A DNA stretch of 64,000 nt from positions 32,001 through 96,000 of the forward strand of contig JANNVQ010000040.1 of the NCBI GenBank assembly GCA_031414535.1, read 5' to 3'. The DNA comes from Gemmatimonas sp. (GTDB taxonomy: Bacteria; Gemmatimonadota; Gemmatimonadetes; Gemmatimonadales; Gemmatimonadaceae). Under the pieces are notes generated by a model. The model did not search any database. It saw only the letters and a list, made by a program, of their open reading frames with translations, and was not told the origin of the DNA. Of the stretch, positions 18,749 to 30,359 are shown piece by piece (within the stretch, counting starts at the first letter, position 1; each line of letters opens with the position of its first letter). Both the position numbers and the translations under genes were made by a program.

Positions 18749-19258
18749 TCAGGTCACGCGCTCGCGCACCATTACGACTGCGCTCGCGGGGCAAGCAGAG
18801 GTGAACTCGACGTTCGCCTTGATCTCCGCAGGCACCGCATCACGCGCGATGGGCTTGAAGCCAAAAGACGGGAAGTAGTGCTCCGCCGTCGTCGTCAGCA
18901 AATACAGGGCGTGGGCCCCGCGCGACTCGGCATCGCGGATGACGCGTGTGACGAGCGCACGACCCAGTCCCTTGCCCTTCCACGACTCGGCCACGGCGAC
19001 CGAGCGCAGCAGTGCGTGCTCGTCCGCACCGCAATGCTCAATACCTGCCACACCCACGAGCCTGCCTCCCTGCTCTGCCACCACAAAGGAGTCCAGCGCC
19101 TGCGCCACGCCATCAAGTGGAAGCTTGCTCTCCGTGAGCAAGGCCTCGACTGCGGCAAGATCCGAGCGTTGCGCGCCGCGCAGAATTACCGGCGCGCTCA
19201 GCTCTGCAGACGGGGAGAGCGAGGTGGCCTGCGGTATGTGATCAACCCTAATGCTCAT
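18749..19258 (-). CDS. arsN2: Arsenic resistance N-acetyltransferase (GNAT)
   Basis: LLRSVAV..GKGLG; YLLTTTA; C-terminal EF..CPASA. Confidence 0.85.
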   Translation of the reverse strand: MSIRVDHIPQATSLSPSAELSAPVILRGAQRSDLAAVEALLTESKLPLDGVAQALDSFVVAEQGGRLVGVAGIEHCGADEHALLRSVAVAESWKGKGLGRALVTRVIRDAESRGAHALYLLTTTAEHYFPSFGFKPIARDAVPAEIKANVEFTSACPASAVVMVRERVT

Positions 19259-20139
19259 TGTGCCTCCGGCTTCGTGGCCCGTACGAATCCACTCAAGAAC
19301 TTACCCTCCATCTGGGCGGCAAACGCAACTGAATCGAGGCCCGTGTTCTCCAACAGCGTGGCGGCGTCCTCGGCCGTATAGATGCGCGTCGGCTCGATGC
19401 TCGGATTCTCGAAGCCCACCTCGCGTAGCAGGCTCAGAAACTCCTGCTCCTCGAGTGCACCAGCGATGCAGCCCATCCACAACTCCGCGTTACGACGCAA
19501 GTCCGCATGCACCTCGCCCCGCACCATCACATCACTGACCGCAAAGCGGCCGCCCGGCTTGAGGACGCGAAAGGCCTCCGAAAGCGTCTTGCGCTTGTCG
19601 CCGGAAAGGTTGATCACGCAGTTGGAGATGATGACATCTACGGTGGCACTGGGCAGCGGAATCTCTTCGATGTGGCCTTTGAGGAACTCCACGTTCGTCG
19701 CGCCCGCCGCCACCTTGTTGGCGTTCGCGATGGCGAGCATCTCATCCGTCATATCGAGCCCGTAAGCCTTGCCCGTCGGTCCGACGCGCTTGGCCGAGAG
19801 CAGCACGTCAATGCCACCGCCCGAGCCAAGGTCGAGTACGGTCTCGCCTGCGCGGAGGTCGGCGAGCGCCGTGGGATTCCCACAGCCGAGTGATGCAAGC
19901 AGTGCGTTGGCGGGAATGCCCGCGGCCTGGCCTTCGTCGTAGAGGTCCGAGGTGATGGGATCCCAAGATGCCGTGGAGCTCCCGCAGCAGCCGCTGGAGC
20001 CCTCAGCGGGAGACCCGCAAGTCGCTGCGGTCTCGCCCTCGATGACGCGGCGTGCCGCATCGCCGTAGCGATCACGCACGGCGTCGCGGAGGGTGTTGAC
20101 GGGTTCTGCAGCGGCGGGGCGGCGCTTGAGCTGTTCCAT
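19255..20139 (-). CDS. arsM: Arsenite S-adenosylmethionine methyltransferase
   Basis: [29 protein letters not shown]. Confidence 0.93.
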   Translation of the reverse strand: MEQLKRRPAAAEPVNTLRDAVRDRYGDAARRVIEGETAATCGSPAEGSSGCCGSSTASWDPITSDLYDEGQAAGIPANALLASLGCGNPTALADLRAGETVLDLGSGGGIDVLLSAKRVGPTGKAYGLDMTDEMLAIANANKVAAGATNVEFLKGHIEEIPLPSATVDVIISNCVINLSGDKRKTLSEAFRVLKPGGRFAVSDVMVRGEVHADLRRNAELWMGCIAGALEEQEFLSLLREVGFENPSIEPTRIYTAEDAATLLENTGLDSVAFAAQMEGKFLSGFVRATKPEAQ

Positions 20140-20151
20140 CGGAACTACCTC

Positions 20152-20167
20152 ACCAATAAAATTTGAT
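20152..20167. promoter_or_regulatory. Second ArsR-type box, in front of the arsM RBS
   Basis: ACCAA-N6-TTGAT (ATCAA-N6-TTGGT on minus). Confidence 0.55.
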
Positions 20168-20187
20168 ACGTCAGAATAAAAAAAGGA

Positions 20188-20508
20188 TCAGCAGCAGGAC
20201 GAGGCGATGCGGCGCCCCGAAGGGCGGAGCGCAATGAGGAGGCGTTCCGCCTCCTGAAATGGTTCACGCTCGAGCGCGTAGTGCGACCAGCGGCCCTCGC
20301 GACGATCGGAGACGAGGCCAGCATCCTTCAACACTTTCAGGTGATACGAGAGCCTCGACTGCGCGATGTCGAGGTGCTCCATCAGGTCGCACACGCAGTG
20401 CTCGCCGTCGAGCAGGATCTGGATGATTTGCAACCGAGCCTCGTCGGACAGCGCGTGGAAGAGCTGCGCGGTCCGTGCGGCGTTGGCGGGGCGGGCTGCG
20501 ACGGTCAT
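20188..20508 (-). CDS. arsR: ArsR/SmtB family repressor
   Basis: EHCVCDL box, SYHLKVL HTH, C-terminal CC. Confidence 0.93.
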   Translation of the reverse strand: MTVAARPANAARTAQLFHALSDEARLQIIQILLDGEHCVCDLMEHLDIAQSRLSYHLKVLKDAGLVSDRREGRWSHYALEREPFQEAERLLIALRPSGRRIASSCC

Positions 20509-20514
20509 ACGGGG

Positions 20515-20542
20515 ATTATATCAGATTTACTTGATATGTCAA
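20515..20542 (-). promoter_or_regulatory. Consensus sigma70 promoter with overlapping ArsR operator
   Basis: TTGACA-N16-TATAAT-N6-ATG; ATATCA-N8-TGATAT at 20518-20537. Confidence 0.85.
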
Positions 20543-20549
20543 TTCCCTG

Positions 20550-21119
20550 CTAGAGCGCTTCGTCGAGCGCCTCGCGAAAAATGGCCGGCAAATCGATACT
20601 GAGCGCGGGGCCACCGAATACGGGAGTCCAAGCGAGTGACCCAGAAATCAGCTCGGCCCGTTCATCGCTGGGACGCCAGCGTTCCACGAGGCGCGCGTCC
20701 GGATCTACAATCCAGTACTCCGCCACCGCTTGGGACTGATAGATGAGCCGCTTCTTGTGCCGGTCGGCACGGGCGCTGCCGGGCGAGAGCACCTCAACCG
20801 CGAGGATGAGGTCGCGGCTTTCGCTCCAGATGCGCGGAGGGCGGCTGCGCCAAGGGATAGCGAAGAGGTCCGGCTGCAGCACGCGCTTGCTGGAGAACTC
20901 GATGTCCGCGGGCGAGAGGCGCACGCGAGCCGTTCGCGTGGACTTTGCCCACGGACTCATCAGGAGATGCAGCTCTTCCAGCACCGCGTTGTGCGGCGGG
21001 GTTGGCGCGGGGCTCACGTAGAGCTCGCCGTCGAGCACTTCGTAGCGCTTGCCATCGTCCGGGAGCGCGCGCCAGCGCTCAGCGGTCCATTCGGATTCGA
21101 GTAAGGCGGCCATACCCAT
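20550..21119 (-). CDS. Uma2 family (PD-(D/E)XK) putative endonuclease
   Basis: YEVLDGEL, QPDL, VEVLSPG, EYWIVDP. Confidence 0.88.
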   Translation of the reverse strand: MGMAALLESEWTAERWRALPDDGKRYEVLDGELYVSPAPTPPHNAVLEELHLLMSPWAKSTRTARVRLSPADIEFSSKRVLQPDLFAIPWRSRPPRIWSESRDLILAVEVLSPGSARADRHKKRLIYQSQAVAEYWIVDPDARLVERWRPSDERAELISGSLAWTPVFGGPALSIDLPAIFREALDEAL

Positions 21120-21225
21120 AGCTACGCTCGGCTCGGCGGTTTGTGCAATAGTGCATTCGCGAAGCTGCCGAGGAGGCGCTCTCGACTCGGCATCACGGCA
21201 TTGCGGGTAGCTACCGGACACGACA

Positions 21226-21257
21226 ACGCCCCTCCGCCAGAAATGGCGAAGGGGCGT
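21226..21257 (-). terminator. Hairpin downstream of tRNA-Ile
   Basis: ACGCCCCT-CCGCCA-GAAA-TGGCGA-AGGGGCGT. Confidence 0.6.
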
Positions 21258-21269
21258 CAGTTGCCGGAG

Positions 21270-21343
<74 letters not shown>

Positions 21344-21510
21344 GGCGAGCCTCGAAATAAAGCGGATTATGAGTCTAGGGTCAACCGCAGGCCAACCGAT
21401 TCCTCTCTCGTGAGCTGGGCGAGAGGTCCCACCAACGCGGGACCCTCCCGACTTGCGCCCAGCCCCATCCCAGAGCCACACTCGCAGTACTCTCTAGCCT
21501 CCCTACCGCG

Positions 21511-23070
21511 ATGTTCGAATCCGCCGAACAAGGCCTCACGCTCTCCGACTCCGCCTACGAGCGCCGCCTTCGTAGCCTACGCCCTGCCCTACTCAAGGCG
21601 CACTTTGCGCTGGAGCGTACCAATCGACAAGTGATTGTCATCGTCTCGGGCGGCAATGCCAGTGGTAAAGGCGAACTGGTGCATCGCCTGAACGAATGGC
21701 TGGACCCACGCGGCGTCACCACCACGGCATTTTGGGACCCGTCCAGCGAGGAGGAGGAACGACCGCACATGTGGCGATTCTGGCGCGCGATGCCAGGGGC
21801 CGGCAAGATCGGTGTGTTCTTTGGGTCTTGGTACACGCGCCCCATCATCGAGCGGGTCACGAAGACGCGGCGGAAGCGCGAGTTCTTGCCTGAGCTCGAC
21901 CGCATCGTCAGGATGGAGCGCATGCTCACCGATGCCGGCATCCATCTTGTGAAGCTCTGGCTTCACCTTCCCAAATCGAGCCAGCACGCGCGCCTCAAAG
22001 GGTTGGAGAAGGAGGGGCGACTCGCTCCCACCGATTGGGAGCACTTCGAGCAGTACAATCGGTTTCGACGCGTGTCGGAACATGCGATTGAACACACCCA
22101 TCAGCCGAATGCCCCGTGGAACGTCATTGATGCCGGTGATCGCCGACATCGGGAAGTTGCCGCGGGGCGGCTCCTGCTCAGTTCACTTGAAGCCGCGGTA
22201 GCCGAGTGCGAGGAGCAGCGAGCGGCAGCGCCGGCAGCGAGAAATACCGCGACCAATACCGCGACCAATACCGCGACCAATCCCGCGACCAATACCGCGA
22301 CCAATACCGCGACCAATCCCGCGGTATCGCGCGCCTATGTGGCGGGTCCATCTGTGCTCGACCAAACGGACCTCGCGCAGCGCCTGACGGTTTCGGCATA
22401 CGAAGAGCAGCTGCGGGAGCTCCAGGGCCAGTTGGCGCGGTTGGTATGGCGCGCGCGCGCGGCTCACGTGCCTGCCGTGCTCGCGTTTGAGGGCTGGGAC
22501 GCCGCCGGCAAGGGCTCGGCGATTCGCCGCGTCACGCAGGCCATGGACCCCCGCCTCTACCGGGTGGTGGGCGTGGCTGCCCCATCCGACGAGGAACGGG
22601 CCCAACACTACCTCTGGCGTTTCTGGCGTCAGCTTCCGCGTGATGGCCGCATCACGATTTTCGACCGCACCTGGTATGGCCGGGTGCTCGTGGAGCGCGT
22701 CGAGGGATTTGCCCCAGTGGCGGATTGGGACCGGGCGTTCTTCGAGATCAACGCCTTCGAGCGCCAGTTAACCGAACACGGCACTGCGCTGGCGAAGTTC
22801 TGGATTCACATCAGTCCGGACGAACAGCTCAAGCGCTTCAAGGAGCGCGAGCGGGTGGCGTGGAAGCGACACAAGATCACCGACGAAGACTGGCGCAACC
22901 GAAAGAAGATGCCGGCGTATCGGGAAGCGGTGGAAGAGATGCTCACGCGTTGCAGTCCGCCTGAAGCGCCGTTCACGGTGGTGGCGGGCAACGACAAGCG
23001 ATTCGCCCGGGTGCAGATTCTCCGAACCATCGTGCAGCGCCTCAGCGCGGTCGTGGACGCGGCGAGTTAG
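21511..23070 (+). CDS. pap: Two-domain polyphosphate kinase 2 (polyP:AMP phosphotransferase)
   Basis: Two PPK2 domains; EGWDAAGKG, FDRTWYGRVLVERV. Confidence 0.9.
   Translation: MFESAEQGLTLSDSAYERRLRSLRPALLKAHFALERTNRQVIVIVSGGNASGKGELVHRLNEWLDPRGVTTTAFWDPSSEEEERPHMWRFWRAMPGAGKIGVFFGSWYTRPIIERVTKTRRKREFLPELDRIVRMERMLTDAGIHLVKLWLHLPKSSQHARLKGLEKEGRLAPTDWEHFEQYNRFRRVSEHAIEHTHQPNAPWNVIDAGDRRHREVAAGRLLLSSLEAAVAECEEQRAAAPAARNTATNTATNTATNPATNTATNTATNPAVSRAYVAGPSVLDQTDLAQRLTVSAYEEQLRELQGQLARLVWRARAAHVPAVLAFEGWDAAGKGSAIRRVTQAMDPRLYRVVGVAAPSDEERAQHYLWRFWRQLPRDGRITIFDRTWYGRVLVERVEGFAPVADWDRAFFEINAFERQLTEHGTALAKFWIHISPDEQLKRFKERERVAWKRHKITDEDWRNRKKMPAYREAVEEMLTRCSPPEAPFTVVAGNDKRFARVQILRTIVQRLSAVVDAAS
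22243..22323 (+). repeat. 12-bp in-frame tandem repeat AATACCGCGACC, about 7 copies (NTAT/NPAT)
   Basis: Direct reading; lies in the interdomain linker. Confidence 0.95.
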
Positions 23071-23103
23071 ATCGCTCGCGCTCGCGCGTCAACTGACATG
23101 AAA

Positions 23104-23131
23104 GCGGGGGGCGCCAATTGGCGCCCCCCGC
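23104..23131. terminator. Perfect palindromic hairpin between convergent genes
   Basis: GCGGGGGGCGCC-AATT-GGCGCCCCCCGC. Confidence 0.75.
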
Positions 23132-23159
23132 ATCGCATCACTGCCTTCAGCGGCCCAAC

Positions 23160-23449
23160 TCACTCGTCGAAGCGCCCAGGATGGGGCTTCTCCTCGTCGT
23201 CCGCATCAAACTCGTCGTCGAGATCAATCAGGTCGTCGTCGAGATCATCATCATCGTCGTCGTCATCATCGTCATCGTCGAGGTCGTCCTCATCCTCGTC
23301 GAGATCATCTTCATCGTCGAATTCGCCGTCCTCGTCGAGGTCAGCGTCGAATCCATCCATGTTCTCTTCGTCTTCGGTCGCCAACCGCCACGGCGCCGCC
23401 ACGCTACCAACCATCGTCCGCGTTCTCCCTGAAAGTGATCCTGCAAACA

Positions 23450-23450
<1 letters not shown>
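23160..23450 (-). CDS. Small, extremely acidic (poly-Asp/Glu) protein; start uncertain (23450, 23414 or 23360)
   Basis: TAATG overlap with typA stop; 44 of last 66 aa are D/E; mixed GAC/GAT codons. Confidence 0.65.
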
Positions 23451-25288
<1,838 letters not shown>

Positions 25289-25312
25289 AGCACGGAAAGA
25301 TAACAGGAACGA

Positions 25313-25466
25313 GGAGCGAAGAGCGAAAGAGAAAAGCGAAAATCGAGGCCGGAGGCGGAAAGGTTACAAGGCGGGAGGGGGAAGGCCTTCCCCTTCCTGC
25401 CTTGGACCCTCCCTAGTTCGCTCTTCAGCGACTTCGATGTTCCGCTGTCGCTCTTCGCTCCTCGCT
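25313..25466. repeat. Inverted pair of GAGCGAA heptamer arrays flanking the typA upstream region
   Basis: gagcgaagagcgaaagagaaaagcgaa facing tcgctcttcgctcctcgct. Confidence 0.7.
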
Positions 25467-27036
25467 ATTTCTTCCCGCCCATCTTGGGCGGAGCCGCCCC
25501 GGGCTTGACCGAGGCCGCCTCGTCACCGTCCATAAAGCTGGTATCGATGTTTTTGGCCTTGAGCTGGTTCACGAAGGACGTCTTGTCCACCGACTTCATA
25601 TAGGCCTCCTTCGGCTCCACCAGCTTCTTCTCCACGAGGTCCAAGAGGGTGTCGTTCATGGTAATCATGCCGAGCCGCTTGGAGGTCTGCATGATGGAGG
25701 GGATCTGGAAGGTCTTGCCCTCACGAATGAGGTTGGACACCGCCGAGGTCACCAGCAGGATTTCGCGGGCCGCCACGCGGCCGCCGCCAATCTTCTTGCA
25801 GAGCACCTGTGAGACCACGCCCTTGAGCGACTCGGAGAGCATGGTGCGCACCTGCTCTTGACGGTCGGCCGGAAACTGGTCAATCAGTCGGTCAATGGTG
25901 CTGGCCGCCGTGGTGGTATGCAGGGTGCCGAACACCAAGTGGCCCGTTTCGGCCGTCTCAATGGCGATGGCCACCGTCTCGAGGTCGCGGAGTTCGCCCA
26001 CGAGGATGATGTCGGGGTCCTCGCGAAGGGCCGCGCGCAGGGCAGACTTGAAGCTGCCCGTGTGCACGCCCACCTGACGCTGCGTCATGATGCAGTTCTT
26101 GTTCTCATGCACGAATTCAATGGGGTCTTCAATCGTGATCACGTGGTCGGAACGTGAACGGTTCACGAGGTCTACGAGGCCCGAGAGCGTGGTGGACTTA
26201 CCCGAGCCCGTGGGGCCGGTGACCAACACGAGGCCCTTGGTGAGATAGCAGAGGTTCTGCACCTCTTGGGAGAGGCCCAGTTGATCGGCCGTAATAATGG
26301 TGTTGGGAATGACGCGGAAGACCGCGGCCACACCCTTGCGATCGCGTAGCACGTTAGCCCGGAAGCGTGCCACACCGGTGATCTCGTACGCAAAGTCGGA
26401 GTCGTTGGTCTTGTCGAACTCTTCCTTGTTGCGGTCCGGCATGATGGAACGCAGTAAGGACTCCATCGTGGCGGGGTCAATCTTGGGCTGCCCCTCGACG
26501 CGGTGCATTTCGCCGCTCTTGCGAAGGATCGGCGGCTCACCGACGCGCATATGCAGGTCAGACGCACCTTGGTCAACCAGCATCCGAAGGAGCTGCTCCA
26601 TGGCTGCCCGTGCCTGCTCAGGGTCAGCAGCGGCCTCCTTCACATTGGGCATCGCGGCGGAAGCGCTCGGCGCTTCCGCATCCGCTGGCACGACAACCCG
26701 AGTGAACATGCCGGTGGCGCGCTTGAACTCGCCGTCGGCGTCCACCTGGATGCGAACAGACAGTTTTCCATCGCCCAGCACCATGGCCCGAACGGCAAAG
26801 ACCGAATCTTCGCTCGAGTACTGGAATTTGGTCGGTTGCTTGGCGTCGAGGGCCGCGTGCGCCGGAGCGGGCGCAATCTCCTTGAGGAGCGCCACAATCT
26901 GCGGGGCGGCCAGCGGCTTCGTCACGGGCTTTTCCGCCCCTTCCGAGAGCAGGACGACGGCATTCCCCTCCGTGAGCACCAGTTCGTCGGCGCGGTTGGA
27001 GATCATCACGGAGAGCAACTTGTCGAGTTGAGCCAT
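25465..27036 (-). CDS. pilT: Type IV pilus retraction ATPase PilT/PilU family with extra N-terminal domain
   Basis: GPTGSGKST, TIEDPIE, GHLVFGTLHT, AVSNLIRE. Confidence 0.9.
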   Translation of the reverse strand: MAQLDKLLSVMISNRADELVLTEGNAVVLLSEGAEKPVTKPLAAPQIVALLKEIAPAPAHAALDAKQPTKFQYSSEDSVFAVRAMVLGDGKLSVRIQVDADGEFKRATGMFTRVVVPADAEAPSASAAMPNVKEAAADPEQARAAMEQLLRMLVDQGASDLHMRVGEPPILRKSGEMHRVEGQPKIDPATMESLLRSIMPDRNKEEFDKTNDSDFAYEITGVARFRANVLRDRKGVAAVFRVIPNTIITADQLGLSQEVQNLCYLTKGLVLVTGPTGSGKSTTLSGLVDLVNRSRSDHVITIEDPIEFVHENKNCIMTQRQVGVHTGSFKSALRAALREDPDIILVGELRDLETVAIAIETAETGHLVFGTLHTTTAASTIDRLIDQFPADRQEQVRTMLSESLKGVVSQVLCKKIGGGRVAAREILLVTSAVSNLIREGKTFQIPSIMQTSKRLGMITMNDTLLDLVEKKLVEPKEAYMKSVDKTSFVNQLKAKNIDTSFMDGDEAASVKPGAAPPKMGGKK

Positions 27037-28085
27037 CAGTGGAGTGCCGGAGTGAGGGAAGACGAAGTGAGTTCGCCGCAGCAGGCCGCGAGCGGTTCAC
27101 CTTCGAGTTGAATCGTAGTGTGATGAATACCAAAGCGCGCGACCGCTTCATGAAGGTCCGCGAGCACGCGCGGATGCTCCGTGACCGCCGGCGCAATGGC
27201 GTGCGCGCTCATGGCCACCACGCCGGAGGTAAGCGTCCACACGTGCAGGTCGTGCACGGCCCCGACGCCGCGTACCTCGGACATCGCCCTGCGCAGCGAT
27301 TCGGCGTCAATGTGCGCGGGGGTGTTCTCGAGCAGCACGTCCACTGCGTCCTTCACGAGGCGCCAGGCGCCTCGCATGATGAGCAAGGTAACGGCGATTG
27401 ACGCGATGGGGTCGGCGAGGGTCCAGCCAACGGTTTGCACTGCAACGGCGGCAATGATGACCGCCACCGAACCCAAGAGGTCCGACACCACGTGCAGGTA
27501 GGCACCGCGAAGATTTAGCGACTGATCTTGGTGCGCGTGCAGCAACCACGCACTCAATCCATTTGCAATCAGCCCCGCGATGGCCACGCCGAGCATCACG
27601 CTACCGCCCACGGGCTCGGGGGCGCGCAGCCGGGCGAAGGACTCCACGAGAATCCACGCCGAGAGCAGCAGGAGCGCCGCGCCATTCAAGAAGGCCGCGA
27701 GAATCTCCCAACGCAAATGCCCGTATGTGCGCTGCGGCGTCGCGGGTCGGCGGCTGAACCCCGCGACGAAGAGGGAGAGGCCCAAGGCACCGGCGTCGGT
27801 AAGCATGTGCCCAGCGTCCGCCAACAGGGCCATCGAGTTGGAGAGCAGTCCCCCAACGACCTCGGCCACGAGTAGCAACGACGTGACACCGAGCGCGATC
27901 GCGAGGCGCTTCGTGGACGCTCCGTGATGATGAGGTCCCGCGTGATCGTGGCCGTGCTCAAGTTCGTGCGCGTGCACGTGTGCGTGCACGTGTGCGTCCG
28001 GAGGGCCGGAGGCGCGGGCGCCCGTTGGGCGCTGCGCCTGACAGTCCTCAAACGACGGTGTGTTGGGCTCGCGGGACGTCGGCAT
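27036..28085 (-). CDS. czcD: Cation diffusion facilitator (CzcD/ZitB)
   Basis: LLADAGHMLTD, HVVSD, VHDLHVW; His-rich N-terminus. Confidence 0.9.
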   Translation of the reverse strand: MPTSREPNTPSFEDCQAQRPTGARASGPPDAHVHAHVHAHELEHGHDHAGPHHHGASTKRLAIALGVTSLLLVAEVVGGLLSNSMALLADAGHMLTDAGALGLSLFVAGFSRRPATPQRTYGHLRWEILAAFLNGAALLLLSAWILVESFARLRAPEPVGGSVMLGVAIAGLIANGLSAWLLHAHQDQSLNLRGAYLHVVSDLLGSVAVIIAAVAVQTVGWTLADPIASIAVTLLIMRGAWRLVKDAVDVLLENTPAHIDAESLRRAMSEVRGVGAVHDLHVWTLTSGVVAMSAHAIAPAVTEHPRVLADLHEAVARFGIHHTTIQLEGEPLAACCGELTSSSLTPALH

Positions 28086-28122
28086 ACCTACGGGGTAATC
28101 TCACGCGCGGACGCGCTCAGGG

Positions 28123-29034
28123 CTAGACGGAACGGCCCAGGCGTTTGGCAATGGCGGCCGCAGTCAAAATCGCCTGAATCATCGAATTGGGGTCGGCCTT
28201 CCCCTGCCCCGCAATATCCAAGGCCGTACCGTGATCAGGCGAGGTGCGCGGAAACGGAAGGCCCAGCGTCACGTTCACGCCCTCGCCGAAGCTGGCCACC
28301 TTGATGGCCGTCATTCCCACATCGTGGTAGGGGGCGATGACGGCGTCGAACTCGCCGCGCATGGCCCGCACGAACACGGTGTCGGCAGGAAATGGCCCAG
28401 CCGCGCCACATTCGCGCGCCGCCGGAGCGAGAATGCGCTCGTCTTCATCACCGAAACGCCCACCGTCGCCGGCGTGCGGATTCATAGCGCAGAGAGCCAA
28501 TCGAGGCTCCGCAATGCCAAACCACTCTTGCAAGCCTTGCCGCGTAATCCGCGCCGCACGTACCACAGCGGCCTGCGTGAGCTGCTGCGGCACGTCCCGC
28601 AACGCGATGTGCGCAGTCGCGAGCACCACGCGCAGCTTCGGCGAGGCGAGCATCATAGCAGTGGGCGCGCCGGTGAGCCGCTCGAGCATCTCTGTGTGGC
28701 CCGGATCGCTGTAGCCGGCATCAGCGAGTGCGAGCTTATCAATCGGCGCCGTCACGATACCCTGCACCGCTCCCTGCCGCGCTAGCTCCACGGCCCGCTC
28801 AATGGCCTTCGCGGCGAGTCCACCCGCCACCGCAGCAATCTCGTGCGTGGACTTGCCAGGGCGGCCGTGCCATTCGCCGACAGACTCCTCCACCGCCACG
28901 CCAGCGCCCGTGGGACCCACCACAATGCAGTGCGCGGCGTCCGCGACCTCGGGGGTCGCGAGCGCCGCGCGCACAATCTCCGCGCCGATGCCGCGCGGGT
29001 CGCCAAGAGTGACCGCGAGCGTCGGACGCGTCAC
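28123..29034 (-). CDS. pdxA: 4-hydroxythreonine-4-phosphate dehydrogenase
   Basis: GDPRGIGAE, GHTE, NPHAG, YHD, RTSPDHGTA. Confidence 0.95.
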   Translation of the reverse strand: MTRPTLAVTLGDPRGIGAEIVRAALATPEVADAAHCIVVGPTGAGVAVEESVGEWHGRPGKSTHEIAAVAGGLAAKAIERAVELARQGAVQGIVTAPIDKLALADAGYSDPGHTEMLERLTGAPTAMMLASPKLRVVLATAHIALRDVPQQLTQAAVVRAARITRQGLQEWFGIAEPRLALCAMNPHAGDGGRFGDEDERILAPAARECGAAGPFPADTVFVRAMRGEFDAVIAPYHDVGMTAIKVASFGEGVNVTLGLPFPRTSPDHGTALDIAGQGKADPNSMIQAILTAAAIAKRLGRSV

Positions 29035-30359
29035 AATCGCAAGGAGACGTAGTACTCGCGCCGTAGAATATCTAACGTGCGGCGCGTGGAGCGCTCCTCA
29101 CGCAGTTGCTGGCGCACGCGCTCCTGATATTCGTCAAGGGTCCACTGGCCCGCCGCCTTGGCGGTAGTGACCTGCGCGAAGATGTATTTCCGCAGGTTGG
29201 TGCTCGGATCAGGGATTGGGAAGACCTCCGAGAAGGCCCCGACGCCAAGCTGGCGCAACGCCAAACGATACTCGGGCGGTAACGAGTCAATCGGCACGCC
29301 ATCGGGAATGCTGCGTTCCTCAGACCGATCGTGGAACTTGGCCACGACCGTGTCATAGGGCATGCCGGCCTTCCACAAAGCGAGCGCCGAATCCGCGCGG
29401 GCCTTGGCAACCGTGGCGTCCGCTTCGTCCATGGTGGGGCGAATCAGAATGTGGCGCGCGCGCACTTCACCCGCGCGCACACGGTCCACACGCATCACGT
29501 GGAAGCCGAACTCAGTCTCGACCACCGGACTGATACGACCCGGCAGCAAGGCGAACATCATGTTGTCGAAGGCCTGCACCATGACGCCGCGACGATTCCA
29601 ACCGAGGTCACCGCCTTGTGTTGCCGAACCATCCATCGACACAGCGCGCGCGAGAGAGTCGAAGTCCGCTCCGGCCTCGAGTTGCGCACGGATTGAGTCA
29701 ATGCGCGCCCGTGCCTTGGCCATATTCTCAGCACGTGGCCGCGGAGAAATCACAATCTGTCGGAACGCGACCATCGCTGGGCGGGGTCCCAAGCGCGCCT
29801 TCAAGCGCTCGAAGGCCTCCGCCACATCGCGCTCCGTAACGTTGACCGGCGCCAAGCGGCCGAGTGCACGCAAGGTATCGAGCGCCTTTCGCTGACGCTC
29901 GTCACGCTGCGCCTGTTCAATCGTACGCTTGCGATACTCCTCAGGCGTACCAAATCCCTCACGGCGCAACGCCTCTCGGAACTCCGCCTCCGTGGCAAAC
30001 TGGCCACGAATCTGATCCATCTGCTGCTCGACCTTGGCCGACACTTCTGTTTCGGGAACCTCGAGCTTGTAGTCCGTCGCAACGGCGACAAGCACTTCCT
30101 CATCCACGAGCTGCTCAAGCATCTGGCGCGCGAAGGCGTACTGCCCCGCCGAGTCAGGAGGCAACTGCATCCCGTTGGCACGCGCGGCGTTGATGCGCTC
30201 CAGCACCTCACTCCAGAGAATGGGCTTGCTGGCCACAACCGCGACCACCCGATCAATGGGGATGATCCGCATGCCCGACATCGACTCCTGCGCCGCCACG
30301 GGGGCGGCGCAGAGGCCGAGGCCGACGAGGGCCGAGAGCGCGCGGAGAAAACGCTTCAT
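29031..30359 (-). CDS. surA: SurA-like periplasmic chaperone/parvulin PPIase
   Basis: Signal peptide, DRVVAVV, GGDLG, FGFH; adjacent to pdxA. Confidence 0.85.
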   Translation of the reverse strand: MKRFLRALSALVGLGLCAAPVAAQESMSGMRIIPIDRVVAVVASKPILWSEVLERINAARANGMQLPPDSAGQYAFARQMLEQLVDEEVLVAVATDYKLEVPETEVSAKVEQQMDQIRGQFATEAEFREALRREGFGTPEEYRKRTIEQAQRDERQRKALDTLRALGRLAPVNVTERDVAEAFERLKARLGPRPAMVAFRQIVISPRPRAENMAKARARIDSIRAQLEAGADFDSLARAVSMDGSATQGGDLGWNRRGVMVQAFDNMMFALLPGRISPVVETEFGFHVMRVDRVRAGEVRARHILIRPTMDEADATVAKARADSALALWKAGMPYDTVVAKFHDRSEERSIPDGVPIDSLPPEYRLALRQLGVGAFSEVFPIPDPSTNLRKYIFAQVTTAKAAGQWTLDEYQERVRQQLREERSTRRTLDILRREYYVSLRL

